Both the position numbers and the translations under genes were made by a program. This document shows positions 37,674 through 49,870 of a DNA stretch of 64,000 bases, piece by piece. Positions within the stretch are counted from its first letter, which is position 1. Every line of letters begins with the position of its first letter. The notes beneath the pieces were generated by a model that saw nothing but the letters and a program-made list of their open reading frames with translations, was not told the DNA's origin and did no database searches. The DNA lies in assembly GCA_002189035.1 (NCBI GenBank), contig NEEC01000007.1, forward strand, positions 1,612,001 to 1,676,000, written 5' to 3'. This DNA comes from Utricularia gibba (taxonomy: Eukaryota; Plantae; Magnoliophyta).

Positions 37674-39769
37674 GAACGGCGGGTACTCTCCTCGAGATTT
37701 TGGTGGGTGTTTTTCGCTCTGCAAGTCGTCCAAGTTCACCAACAGAACTTCGTGACCAACTTCTTAAATAGACTGCCAGGTGCTAATTTAAATAATATAA
37801 TATAATTAAAAAAACCCCCAATTGTGTTTTTATTTTATTTTTTCTTTGTTTGGTTTATAATAGCAAATGATGGATTAACACGTAGTCTAGACTTCCATCA
37901 GCTGTTAATACAGCTAAAGAAGCGTGATGCAAATGCAAGGCCTCTTGCATGTAGTATATAGCCACATTCCTGTTCAAAAAATCAAGATTAAATTATTCTA
38001 AATTACGAATTATTCATGATAACAATTAGATTAAATTCGATCAAAATAAAATTGAGTCATAATTGAACAATGAATAGATTTTTTTTTATCATTTAAAACA
38101 ATTAGATTTACTTTAATTTTTCCTTTCAATTTAAATAATGAGTAGGTTCTATTCTCTTAATGTATTGTATTGACGTTGTTTACTTTTTATAAATTTATAT
38201 TGTAAAATTAACTTTAAAAATTATTAAATTTATTGAATCTTTATCTTAATAATTAAATAAAAGATTGATTATAAAAATCACATTATTTACTTTTTACATA
38301 TGTAAAAAATATAGTTATATTATCACATCAAATATTACTATAATTAAAGCTCATATGCGATTGTGGTAGAAAGCGTGTTATAATTAAAGAAGTAGAATAC
38401 AGCCACTTAGAATAATGCAGTCAAAGGAGAATCAGTCTGCCGGCAAATGGACATGGGGCGGCGGCGCGGTGCGGGGGCGGTGGGCGGAGTGGTCTGTCTG
38501 ACGGCGGCGCGATACCGTCGGTCTGTTGGGATGACTCATCGACACATGCTGTGATGGCTTTGGCGGTGTGAAGACCGGGATCGTTAAACGGAACAGTTTT
38601 GCACCGATTTACAGAAGAAATCCTTAACCAAGGAGATTAACGTTAATCGTCGTAATAAAATCCTAATTAGACTTTTCCAGCCGAAGCAAGTGGGGCCCTG
38701 TCCCGGTCGCCACGTGTCGAATAGCTTTTGAATACGTGCCCAATCTGGGTCAGGAATGCAATTTTGTCACCGATACGACGTCGTATGGGGCGAAACCAGA
38801 TGCGCCACACGATTTTGCGTGGGGTGATGGAGTTCCACGTATCCCTTGTCGACGCCCAAAACTGCGAAGTGTGTGTGTGGTCGTCACTGTTTCATTTTCA
38901 TTTTCATTTTCACTGCGAAGTTGTATGCATTCAAGGGAGCTTAGTCTCTCTCATTATCTGCCCCCACCACCGGGCGCCGACTCCCGGAGTTGCTCATGGA
39001 GCAATAAAGGAGGAGGGCGTCATTTTGGTGGGCCGGAGTCTGTGTTGGGTGGCTTTTCCCTGCATAGCAGTTCACAGTAGGCACAGGCCATATGCGGCTG
39101 TCACTCCCCCCCTCACCTTTGCAAACCCCCATGGGAGCTTTCTAGACAAGTGTCGCTGCCTCCCCTTTTTATATGATCCAAAGTTCCGTATGCATTGAAC
39201 TTTGGCACAGGGAGGCGGCATCTCGCTGACTCCTCATGTGATCCAATGCTACATTCACAACACAACTCTATTAGAACACACAATACTATATTCGAATATA
39301 AAATTTAAATAATCAAGTATATAAAAAATTATAGATCAATAATAATTGATGATATCTATTTTTTTCTAATGTAATTTTTTGTATATTTAGATTTATATGT
39401 AATCATCCAACTCATCAAATTCTAATTTCAACAAAATCTGTTTGCTTCTGTGAATAAGTAACTTGAGATGAGCCCATCTCCATTTTAAGTACTCTTTTCT
39501 GCGCATATTTATTGCCCCCTGGGCCTTCGCTCTCTCCTCTCTAATGTTTTTGGGCTGCCACCTCGCCATGCCTGACTGCGCTTCTGGGTCAAACGGACCA
39601 ATGTCCCTCATGAGGCCTTGTTACCACACTGCATTCAATGCTGTCCATAAGATAACTACTTCATTTTCTTGTATGCGATATCAAAGCATAATGGATTGAT
39701 TCAAATTTTGAAAAATAAGTCCATTTGTGTATCTTTTGGAATATAAAGCGAGATAAAATTATTGCAAAT

Positions 39770-40760
39770 TTACTTAGAGTAATCTTTAACAATTTCGAGT
39801 AGCAATTGGGAAAGTTGGTGGGGTTTGGAGATCATGGCCATGTGATCACTCCCCTGCAACTCCTTCACTCCATCTACTCCGCAGCTCTCCGTCATCCGGC
39901 GCTGGGAGTTGATCAGAATCGTCTTGTCCCCGGGGCACAAGATGTACACCTTCTTCACCGATCCGAAACCCTTCTCCGACAGCGGATACCTCCATTTCTC
40001 CTCTTCCAGAAACAAAATGCTTGGCCTCACCAGCACTTTTGCTAACTCCACATCCTGCCCGCAACAACATCAAACCTCAGACAGCGCCCATACGACAAGT
40101 ATTCCGGCAGAAACAGACCTCGGGAGGAGACGACGCGTAGAGCTTCGTAGCGATGCTTATTGGACCGAACGACATGGAAGTGAACCGGCCCCCTGCACTC
40201 TCCACCGTGGAAAACACAGTGTCCTGGCCTTTTTCCGGCGGCGATTCCTCTATAAACTGAAAATTCAAACAAATGCACAGTGGAGCAGCAACTTCTGGTA
40301 ATAATTTTCTATTATTTATAAGAATATAATATTAATAATTATGGTATGAAAAGAATGTTCGAATAGAATGAAACGTGTGCATATATACCTTGAGAGGCCA
40401 GTAGGAGGGCGGGTGGGCCAAATCCGGCAAGATAGCAGTCACATACACGGCCACGAGTATCTTCTCCGGGAACATTTCCATGGCGAGGCTGATGTTGAGC
40501 CCCCCCTGGCTGTGCCCCACGAGGATCACCTTCTCCGACGCGTCGAGCGAGCCCAGCGTGTCCAGCAGCGGCTGCGTGTAGTCCTCGAAGGACGCCAGAT
40601 CCAGCAGTTTCGTGGAATTGATGCCGGACGCCGCCATGTCGAGGGCGGTGACACGGTGGCCCGCCGCCTCCAGCAACGGTATCAGCTTGTACCAACACCA
40701 TGCGCCATGGCAGACGCCATGGACGAGGATGATATGACGCTTCTGCTCTCGGGATGGCAT
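39770..40760 (-). CDS. SABP2/methylesterase-family alpha/beta hydrolase, copy 1 (3 exons; introns 40257-40388 and 40055-40118)
   Basis: HIILVHGVCHGAWCWYKL, nucleophile elbow GHSQGG, Asp in CPGDKTI, His in GSDHMAM. True ATG at 40760 (the ORF-track start is GTG). Confidence 0.92.
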
Positions 40761-40829
40761 CTTCGTGGCCAGGGCAGAGCTTGAGCATGGCGATTGAATC
40801 TTATAGGCGGATGGTGTGCGCCAGAAGCG

Positions 40830-40980
40830 TGACGCAACTTCTTTATTTTCGGCCACAATATATATGTATTAAATCAAAATTCGTAACGTGTACGGAAGGC
40901 GCAAGGCATCTCGATACAGGATAACTTGAACCAGTTCATGACGTCATTTTTATATGAATAATGAAGCGTTGCTTACGTAA
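40830..40980. promoter_or_regulatory. bZIP/TGA motif cluster upstream of methylesterase copy 1 (conserved in copy 2 at 42425-42533)
   Basis: TGACG (40830), palindromic TGACGTCA (40939-40946; 42493-42500) and TTACGTAA (40973-40980; 42526-42533). Confidence 0.55.
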
Positions 40981-41432
40981 CTAGCCAAAAACCGAGGCCC
41001 TATGGGATTTAAAATGTATTGTTTATAATTATTTAATCAACAGTTTATTAGTTAGGCATGAAGAATGGGATAACGATGAGATAAGGATAAGATGATGTCG
41101 TAACAACACGAAGTAGAATTGACTTATTGCACGCACGTGTGGTTGTGGTTAGATTCAGCCATGCAGGTTGTCCGTATACGAGGAAGGGATGTCTGGATGT
41201 TGGTACTAGAAAGAAATCATGAGGAATACTTCATTTTCTTGTATTCGATATCAAAGCATAATGGATTGATTTAAATTTTGAACAATAAATCCAATCGTGT
41301 ATTATGTATTGAAATCAAGGATCTAATACATAAATTTAATACATAATAAACATAAATTATATTAAAAAAATTCAATTCATTCGATTTGATTATTAATGAT
41401 ATACAATCTTTTATATACTTCTTTTTTTTTGT

Positions 41433-42355
41433 TTACTTGGAGTAATCTTCAATTATTTCAAGTAGAAATTGGGAAAGTTGGTGGGGTTTGGAGATCATGG
41501 CCATGTGGTCACTCCCCTGCAACTCCTTCACTCCATCTACTCCGCAGCTCTCCATCATCCGGCGCTGGGAGTTGATCAGAATCGTCTTGTCCCCGGGGCA
41601 CAAGATGTACACCTTTTTCACCGATCCGAAACCCTTCTCCGACAGCGGATGCCTCCATTTCTCCTCTTCCAGAAACAAAATGCTTGGCCTCACCAGCACT
41701 TTTGCTAACTCCACATCCTGCCCACAACAAGATCCAACATCAGACGGCGCCCATACGAAAATTATTCCACAGAAACAGACCTTGGGAGGAGACGACGAGT
41801 AGAGCTTCGTAGCGATACTTATTGAACCGAACGACATGGAAGTGAAGCGGCCCCCTGCAGTCTCCACCGTGGAAAACACAGTGTCCAGACCTTTTTCCGG
41901 CGGCGATTCCTCTATAAACTGAAAATTCAATAACTACACTATGAAAAGAATGTTCAAATAGAATGAAACATGTGCATATATACCTTGAGAGGCCAGTAGG
42001 AGGGCGGGTGGGCCAAATCCGGCAAGATGGCAGTCAAATACACGGCCACGAGTATCTTCTCCGGGAAAATTTCCATGGCGAGGCTAATGTTGAGGCCGCC
42101 CTGGCTGTGTCCCACGAGGATCACCTTCTCCGACGCGTCGAGCGAGCCCAGCGCGTCCAGCAGCGGCTGCGTGTAGTCTTCGAAGGACGCCAGATCCAGC
42201 ATATTCGTGGAATTGATGCCGGACGCCGCCATGTCGAGGACGGTGACACGGTGGCCCGCCGCCTCCAGCAACGGTATCAGCTTGTACCAACACCATGCGC
42301 CGTGGCAGATGCCATGTACGAGAACGAAATGGCCCTTCTGCTCGCGCGGTGGCAT
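41433..42355 (-). CDS. SABP2/methylesterase-family alpha/beta hydrolase, copy 2 (introns 41919-41983 and 41718-41780)
   Basis: Same motifs as copy 1; about 21 amino-acid differences by eye (roughly 92% identity). ATG at 42355. Confidence 0.92.
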
Positions 42356-44241
42356 CGTCTTGACCAGGGCAGAGCTTGCGCACCGGGGTTGAATTTTATA
42401 GGCACATGGCGTGCCCATGGACCGTGACGCAACTTCTGCATTGTCGGCCACAATACATTGTTAAATCAAAATTAGTAACGTCAATCAATTCATGACGTCA
42501 TTTTATATGGTTAATAAAGCGTCGCTTACGTAACTAGCCAAAACCGAGGCCCCCTGGGAATTAAAACGTCTTGTTTTTAATTATTTAATCAACAGTTTTT
42601 TCAGTGTGGAATGAAAAATGAGGTAGGGATGAAATAAGGGTGAGATGATGTCGTAACAACACCAAGAACATGACAAATAGCCCGAATTGACATTTTATGC
42701 ACTTGTGGTTGTGGTTAGATTCAGCCATTAAAGTTGTTCATATTATTACAATACACAATCATTCATCTAAAAATAAAAATGATATAATTAAATATATAAT
42801 AAATTATAAATTACAATTAATAAATTGAATTTAATCTTTTTTAATATGATTCATATTTTTTAAATACTTGAACTTCACGTATGCTCGTTCGATTCATTGA
42901 ATTCTGAATTTTAACATGGTATTGGAACATTTGCCACATGGCTTGTGTGGGCAAGATTCGTGCTAGTCTAAGTTCAGGTTAGAAAAAAACAAAAAGATAC
43001 ATTAGATTTGGACAATAAAAAATTAGATTGATTTATGACATGATCACTCCTACAATTTTATATAAAAAAATAAGTATTAATTGGATCAAAGATCAATTCA
43101 ACTTAAGGTTGTATATTAGAATACATAATCATATATTAAAAATGAAATTGATATAATAAAGTATATAGAAAATTACATATCATAAGTAATCGATTGAATC
43201 TAATTTTTTTAATGTTATATACGTTCTTGTGTATTTAAACTTTACGTGTACTATCTGACGCATTATATCCTAAATTTCATATACAAGGAAGGGATGTATG
43301 GATGTTGGTACTAGAAATAAATCATGAGGAATGGAGTACTGGTTGCTGAGCATTTCCATTGCAGAGTGGTGCATCTCAGAATAGGGTATCAGTGTTTTCA
43401 TTCTCAATACCTTAATTAGAGTACCTGGAAAAGTTACAATGAGATTGATGTTTATCATCATGGATGTGTAACTTGAAGACCCAATGGTTAAGGTGTTAGT
43501 CGACTCACATGTGCATAAGGAAGAATTACAACCTTTTCTGGGCAAAAATATCATGCTAAGGAAGGTCTGGTTGCACTATTCTAGGAGAAGATTGAATGTA
43601 TTTTAACAAACTTTTGAGTGGCATGTCTCTTGTATCCATGAATACTGTGTGTGTTGAATGAAAACCAGTTTTTTCCCTCTCCCTCATCATATCAGTGATG
43701 CATCTTTGCTCCACCACTCATTCTAACACAACCTGCACATCAGCATTGCTTGTCAATACACTCATGGAAGATGTCTCACCAAGGACATGTAAAAGCCTAT
43801 GGAAATGTCTGCAAGTCGCGTCATACACAAAAAAGCCAAAAACAGCATGGGTTTCCAAGCAAATGCATCATCCATCAGTCTGCAGATGACTGCCTTGTTG
43901 AAAGTAATGTTGTTTTTCTAGGCGGCTTGGATTTTGGAAATGGCATGGGAGTTGTAGATGGTAATCTTCCCTGTTTTAATAAAGAAAGAGGGTAACGATG
44001 AGCTCTGCAACACAGTGAGAACAGCGAATAAAGAGCAATCTTGAAGATTATTAACACACTGAGGTTTTCTGATTGTTTCTCTCTGTGTATGTGTACGGTG
44101 TGCGGTGGATTTGCCCAGCTTCTCTCTATAATTTGTGCAGCTTCTCTCTGCCAGGCCCTTAATTTCCAGTGGGAGGCTAAGCTGGATCCATGCCCTTAAT
44201 GAAACCTCAGTGACATGAAACATAGCAGATAGGAAGCTTGT

Positions 44242-44585
44242 TTGAAGCAGTCAATGGAAACGATGATGTTAAATAATAAAATATGGTTATTGAAGCAGTC
44301 AATGTAAACGAGTAGCAACAACACTGCTATGAAAAGGGTTATTACATTTCAGCAGTCAGCAGCATGAAGCGAAAAATAATTTATATCCAGAGGTATGGGC
44401 TTCCGTGGAGAGCAAATTTTGTAGGACCGGACACGGGCCAAGTCAGACGTACAAACGCAAGAAGGAGATGGAGGGGCCCGAGTCAACAATGGTGGCGAGG
44501 CAAGCCACTCACTGAATTGAACATTCCACGCGTTTGAAACTTATCCACCGAGCTTGCAGCAGCAAGCTTCCACTCTTTATATATA
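44242..44585. promoter_or_regulatory. HIPP promoter: three W-boxes, a CGCG/RSRE box and a TATA box
   Basis: AGTCAA (TTGACT reversed) at 44249, 44297 and 44481; CGCGTT at 44529; TATATATA at 44578. The first two W-boxes sit in a 22-bp direct repeat (44242-44263, 44290-44311). Confidence 0.5.
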
Positions 44586-44698
44586 GAACAGTCATTCTGT
44601 TTGTTCTCCATCTGCGTTGTTCACTTCTCCAGTTCTCCTGAAAGAGAAAAAAAAGGTTATCTCTTGCTCTGCTCTCTCCCCAAATCCGTGTGGTCCAG

Positions 44699-45561
44699 AT
44701 GAAGGTAACAATCCTCTACTTGACTTGGCTTCTTCTTCACAGAATTGGTTTGTGAACCCAAGTTTTTTTTGAAGGAAAGAAGCTTAATTTATCATACATA
44801 TGGGGAATCCTTGTTGCAAATCATCTGCTTTGTATCCAAAAAGAAACATACATGGGATTGATTTCTCTTCTTGCTCTACCCCCTCACAATAATTCACTGA
44901 TTCTCTTCAATCCTCTGTTTCTTGTGCTGGCAGAAAGTTGTGTTGAAATTGAACTACAGCGATGACAAAATCAAGTCAAAGGTGATGCAGAAAGCATCAG
45001 GCCTACAAGGTAATACACTTCAATTCCAAGAATATTTGGTGGGCTCTCTGAATTCGACTGAAGGTCACTACTGATGTTCCTGTGTTGTACATTCTTATTT
45101 TACCAGGGCTGGAATCAATCTCCATTGATGCAAAGGATAAAAAGCTGACTCTCACCGGGGACATCGATCCAGTGGACGCTGCGGGGAAGTTGAGGAAGCT
45201 CTGCGGCGTGGAGATCATTTCCGTTGAACCGGCAAAGGAACCGGAGAAGCAAAAGGAACCAGCGAAGGAGGCGAAGAAGGAAGAAGTTAAGAAAGATGTG
45301 AAAAAGGAAGGAGGAGGAGGAGATAAGAATCAAGTGCCACAGGTTCTAAAAGCTGTAGTTGCCCATCAGCAACCAGCAGCGTACGGTCCCATGGCGGCGG
45401 CGCAGTATTACCAGCAACCAGCAGCGTACGGTCCCATGGCGGCAGCGCAGTATTACCAACAAATGCAGCAGCATCGACTGCCGGTGATGGGAGCTCCGGC
45501 GCCGTACCCTCCGCATAACTCGAGCATGGAGGAGGATCCCAATAGCTGCGTTATATGTTGA
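44699..45561 (+). CDS. Heavy-metal-associated isoprenylated plant protein (HIPP39-like clade), 3 exons
   Basis: MK|KVVLKLNYSDDKIKSKVMQKASGLQ|GLESISIDAKDKKLTLTGDIDPVDAAGKLRK, a KE-rich linker, a Pro/Tyr/Gln tail and C-terminal CaaX CVIC. Confidence 0.9.
45367..45456 (+). repeat. In-frame 45-bp tandem repeat x2 (QQPAAYGPMAAAQYY)
   Basis: Units 45367-45411 and 45412-45456 differ by one synonymous base. Confidence 0.95.
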
Positions 45562-47695
45562 ATATCACTTGATGTCTTGATAAATTAAATTAAATTCAAT
45601 AAATGTTTTCTTTAAAATAATTATTAATTATTAAATATAAAATGTCTTTATTAAAAAATATAAAATCAAGAAATATTTCCTTAAAAAAAAGTTAATGATC
45701 CTTAACTTTTGGGTGTATTATTCAAATTTGTTTCTCCAAATCATTTCTTATAAAATTTAATATAAGTTGAACCAAGGGGTCTTGAGTAAATGATATATAA
45801 TTGTCTCCAGCAAATATTAAAGAAATTTTGATTTAATTCTTAAAACATTCACATGTTGATAATAACGAATGCTTGATTGACTAATTTAATAATACACAAG
45901 TATTTTAAACACAATTCAAACTAGTTATTTCAAAACTCAAATTTTAGATGGATTTTCTTAAACAACCTAATTCATAGAGTATTTGTTTTAAACGCATCTA
46001 TCAAATATCATATTAATTAAAATATATATTTTCAAACTTATATATAAAAAAAAATTTAATTTTAATACGCATGACATGGGATATTAAGAAAATTGGACAT
46101 ATGATTATGAGTGTGTGAAAAATATGATTATTTTTAATGTAAATTTGTTGATTTAATGTATAAGGAAGAATGTGAAATTAATAAGATTTCTAAATGGCCT
46201 TTTTTAAAAATGTATTAATTCCATGTAATATTTCTCGTTAATTATAATGAATAGTAACAAAACATTGAATGCACCACCATTTTCAAATATTCCATCACTT
46301 ATTCAAACTCCTAATTAATTAATCATTTATTTCTCCCAAAATTCTCCTTTAGATTGTCCAGACCGCACGCTCTCCTTTTGCTTTCATATATGAACATACA
46401 AATTGACGCTGTAGTCGCCAATATTGAACATTTGTTTGTAATACCGTACGTTTCTAAAAAAATTATTTTAAAATTAATTTTGTTATCAAATAATGATAAA
46501 TTTTATTCAAAAATTAATTAATTATTTCAATCCTCCCCTCTGAAACGCAGCAGGTGATAATCTTTGCGCCTCAAGTACTCGTCTTTAATTCGAGAAATCA
46601 CCAAGTTGCGATTCCTGATATAAACAGGGGAGAGCGATCTCGCTCTTTTTGGTTGGATCATGAGACATCGGAATGGCATTCTTGTTGCCCCAGAAAGTCC
46701 GAGACGCGCCAGCGACTTTCAGGAGAAAGTGCAGAAGCTTCCAGGCAGGTGGGCAGGCGTTTTTAATATCTAAATAAGACGATGGCCAATCACTGTAGTT
46801 GAGACCAGGAAGACATCCTTTTGGACGACTATAGATGCACCTCAATTTTCAATATATTAGAATAGCTACTCGGAATTCCAATTTCTAACACAATTAACGG
46901 CTAATAAATGCACAGTTAAGGTTGATTTTGGAGATCAGATTTTGTGTAGGGAAGGAAAATGCATTCCGGTTGTGGATGTAATATTATGATGGTACGTGGT
47001 TTCAAATTAAGAACCAATCCACGAAGAACTGTCATCCGAAAAATGATTAAATAAATGATCTTTGCATGACTTTCAAGGTACCCATTTCCTTTGTTTCCAA
47101 GTCAAGAGAAGGAAAAAAGTGCCTTTCTTTTCTTTTCATGCCTACGGAGTATCAAGCGGGTGCAATATCCCTTTTTTCTTCCTGCCCCGTTGACTTGCAA
47201 GAAATGAAGTCAGAAGCAATTCGCTTCTTCGAGTGAATCCTGAATCTGTATTCTGCTTCGTTCGTTATGCAAATAAATCTGAATCACAGGTGAGTAAGCT
47301 GGGTTGTTTGGTAGGAGCCGCAATGGTTGATTTATTCCAGCGAAACGTTTACTGTTATCACGATGGAGTGATGAAGTTCTTGCATGGTTAGGAGAACAAA
47401 CAACCTGGACTTTGGTATCCTTGTGATAAACAGTATGAAAGGAGAGCGTTTCAACGATTTTAAGATGTCTACGCTTTCTGTCAAGCATACTTTGACAGCT
47501 TACTTTCTGTTTTCTAGAATACTGAATACCAACTAATGGATTTGGTACGCAACCTAATTCTGCTTGAAACATTGAAATATGGTATCTGTAGCTGTTTTTC
47601 TTAGTTCAATTCATCTCTCTCTGTATCTTTATGCTGTTGTGTGGATGTGCTTTGTGAGGCAGCACACAGCATAGAAGAGAGCAAGAGATATAGAT

Positions 47696-49599
47696 ATGAA
47701 GCTGCTCTGTGCAGCAAATTTGATGTTTTGTTGTATTCTTTTTCTTGCAGAAGCTGAGCCTTTGCTGGATAAACAGGCTTTACTTGATTTCATCAGCAGC
47801 AACTCACGTCATCTTAACTGGAGTCCCAACACCTCAGCTTGCAGTAGCTGGCATGGTGTCACTTGCAACCATGACCATTCGAGAATCATCGCTGTTAAGC
47901 TATCCGGTATCGGATTCAGGGGAAGTATCCCTACCAACACCCTTGGCCGCATATCATCTCTAGAGATTCTGAAGCTGAAATCTAATGGAATTGATGGTCC
48001 ATTTCCTTCTGATATTTTGAAGCTTAGGAGTTTATCAGTGATTGATCTTCAGTTCAATAACTTTCATGGTCCATTGCCAGAGGACTTCACTATCTGGAAG
48101 AATCTTTCCACTCTCATCCTGTCAAATAATGAATTTAATGGGAGTCTCCCATTCTCGGTTATGAAATTAAGTCACTTGGTTACTCTGGATGTTTCACATA
48201 ACTCACTTTCAGGTACTATTTCCAACCTTGAGATTCCTAGTTTGCAAGTGTTGAATATATCATACAATGGTTTTCAAGGTGCTGTCCCTGAATCGCTCCT
48301 TAGATTTCCTAGATCAGCCTTCATAGGAAACAATGTTTGGTTCGAAAACAAAAGCTCATCACCTCAGAGTATAGATGAAAAGACTAGCTCTTCCTCAAAA
48401 ATCAGTGAATCAACCATCTTTGGGATTATTGCTGGTTGTATGTTAATGGGTTTCTTTTCTATTTTTCTTGCACTCGTTTTTAAGTGGAGAAGATCGAAAA
48501 GGGGTGATTATAAGATGAACATGAAATTAATCCGGAATGTTAGATCTGTCAAAAGAAGTGCACCTGATCATCACCAGGGCGGCAGTGGGAGAATCACATT
48601 TTTTGAAGGTTTGCACCTTGGCGTCGATCTTGAAGATTTGTTGAGCGCTTCTGCTGAGATTCTCGGGAAGGGGACTTTGGCAACGACGTACAAGGCATCT
48701 TTAGATGATGGAATGATTGTTACAGTCAAAAGGTTGAAGGAGATTGCAGTCGGAAGGAAGGAGTTTGAGCAGCAGATGGAGATCATTGGAAGTATCAGGC
48801 ATGAAAACGTCTCACAACTGAGAGCCTATTACTTCTCTGAGGAGGAAAAGCTGATGGTGTATGACTATAACGAAATGGGAAGCGTTTCTGAACTGCTCCA
48901 TGGTACTGCACTCTAACATATCCATGCTTATCAATCCTTCTCTTAATTCATTCAACATTCTTCGCAGCCAAACGAGGAGGAGAAAGAACCCCTCTAGACT
49001 GGGAAGCCCGCCTCAAGATCGCAATAGGATCAGCAAGAGGCCTTTCTCATATCCACACACAAAGAGGAGGAAGGCTGTTTCATGGAAACATAAAAGCCTC
49101 GAACGTGTTCCTCAATTCCCAACAATACGGCTGCATTTCTGATCTGGGAATAGCTGCATTGGTCGCCATGCCGCCGGCATGGCCACGGTCCCTCGGTGCA
49201 GGCTATCTAGCCCCTGAGATCACAGACACCAGGAAGGGATCACAGGCATCAGATGTGTACAGCTTTGGAGTGCTCCTCCTCGAGCTCGTGACTGGTAAGC
49301 CCCCTGAAGGGAGTGATGAGGTGATGCCTCTGGTGCGGTGGGTGAGTTCGGTGGTCCGAGAGGAATGGACCGGAGAAGTTTTCGATGCCGAGCTGTTGAT
49401 GTATGATGATATAGAGGAGGAAATGGTGGGAATGCTACAGGTGGGGCTGAGCTGCGTGACCACAGCTCCAGAGCAGAGGCCGGCTATGGCGGAGGTTGTG
49501 AGGATGGTTGAGGAGATCAGAGGTTATGATTCCAACTCATTTTCTGGAACAGAATCATCTCCATGCTCAACTTCATGTGCAGATCAGGAAATGAGATGA
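47696..49599 (+). CDS. LRR-III probable inactive receptor-like kinase (At4g23740/At5g53320 type); one CDS intron starting at 48903
   Basis: Signal peptide, LRRNT (DKQALLDF..CSSWHGVTC), about five LRRs, a TM helix, DLEDLLSASAEILGKG, catalytic loop HGNIKASN (Asp to Asn) and DLG in place of DFG. Confidence 0.92.
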
Positions 49600-49870
49600 T
49601 TTCAGGCTCTGGAGTTAGACTCTCGTCAACGTTCTTTAGATCTCGTTCAAATTTGTGTTACAGTTTGACTAATGAATTGGCAACTCAATGACTAATGTGG
49701 GTTTGGGGATGCGTCAAACGAGCAGATTGACTATTGTAAGATTATTACTAAAAATAGAATATTGCAGTCCACTCCCCTATATTATTATCCGACTGTGTGG
49801 GATATCGTCAGCGACTATGAAGTGGGTCCCACTGGTTTCTGCGCTCACATTTCAACCAATAGCTAAACAG

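Larger units (their letters stand above)
39657..43331. repeat. Tandem duplication, units 39657-41226 and 41227-43331, each carrying one methylesterase gene with flanks
   Basis: Shared downstream flank (TACTTCATTTTCTTGTAT at 39657 and 41227), shared promoter, and a shared 51-bp terminal segment at 41176-41226 and 43281-43331. Confidence 0.85.

Noticed and set aside
38922-38942. miR159/319-like sequence (GCATTCAAGGGAGCTT)
   Set aside because: About six mismatches to a miR159 site and no complementary star arm or precursor hairpin.
24618-42355. CYP715, BCH and two methylesterases as a biosynthetic gene cluster
   Set aside because: The enzymes have unrelated substrates, housekeeping genes lie between them, and CYP715, HCF106, DUF819 and BCH appear to be ancestral neighbours.
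44057-44212. 11-bp inverted repeat CACTGAGGTTT/AAACCTCAGTG as a miRNA precursor or MITE
   Set aside because: The interior pairs poorly with a large asymmetric bulge, it matches no miRNA I know, and no target-site duplication is evident.
45570-46530. AT-rich spacers (also 26620-26790, 35215-35460, 37980-38340, 53050-53400) as MITEs or Helitrons
   Set aside because: No terminal inverted repeats, target-site duplications, CTRR ends with hairpins or repeated copies were found within the window.
47696-49599. Inactive kinase motifs of the LRR receptor kinase as a novelty
   Set aside because: HGNIK and DLG are normal for the LRR-III atypical kinase subfamily.
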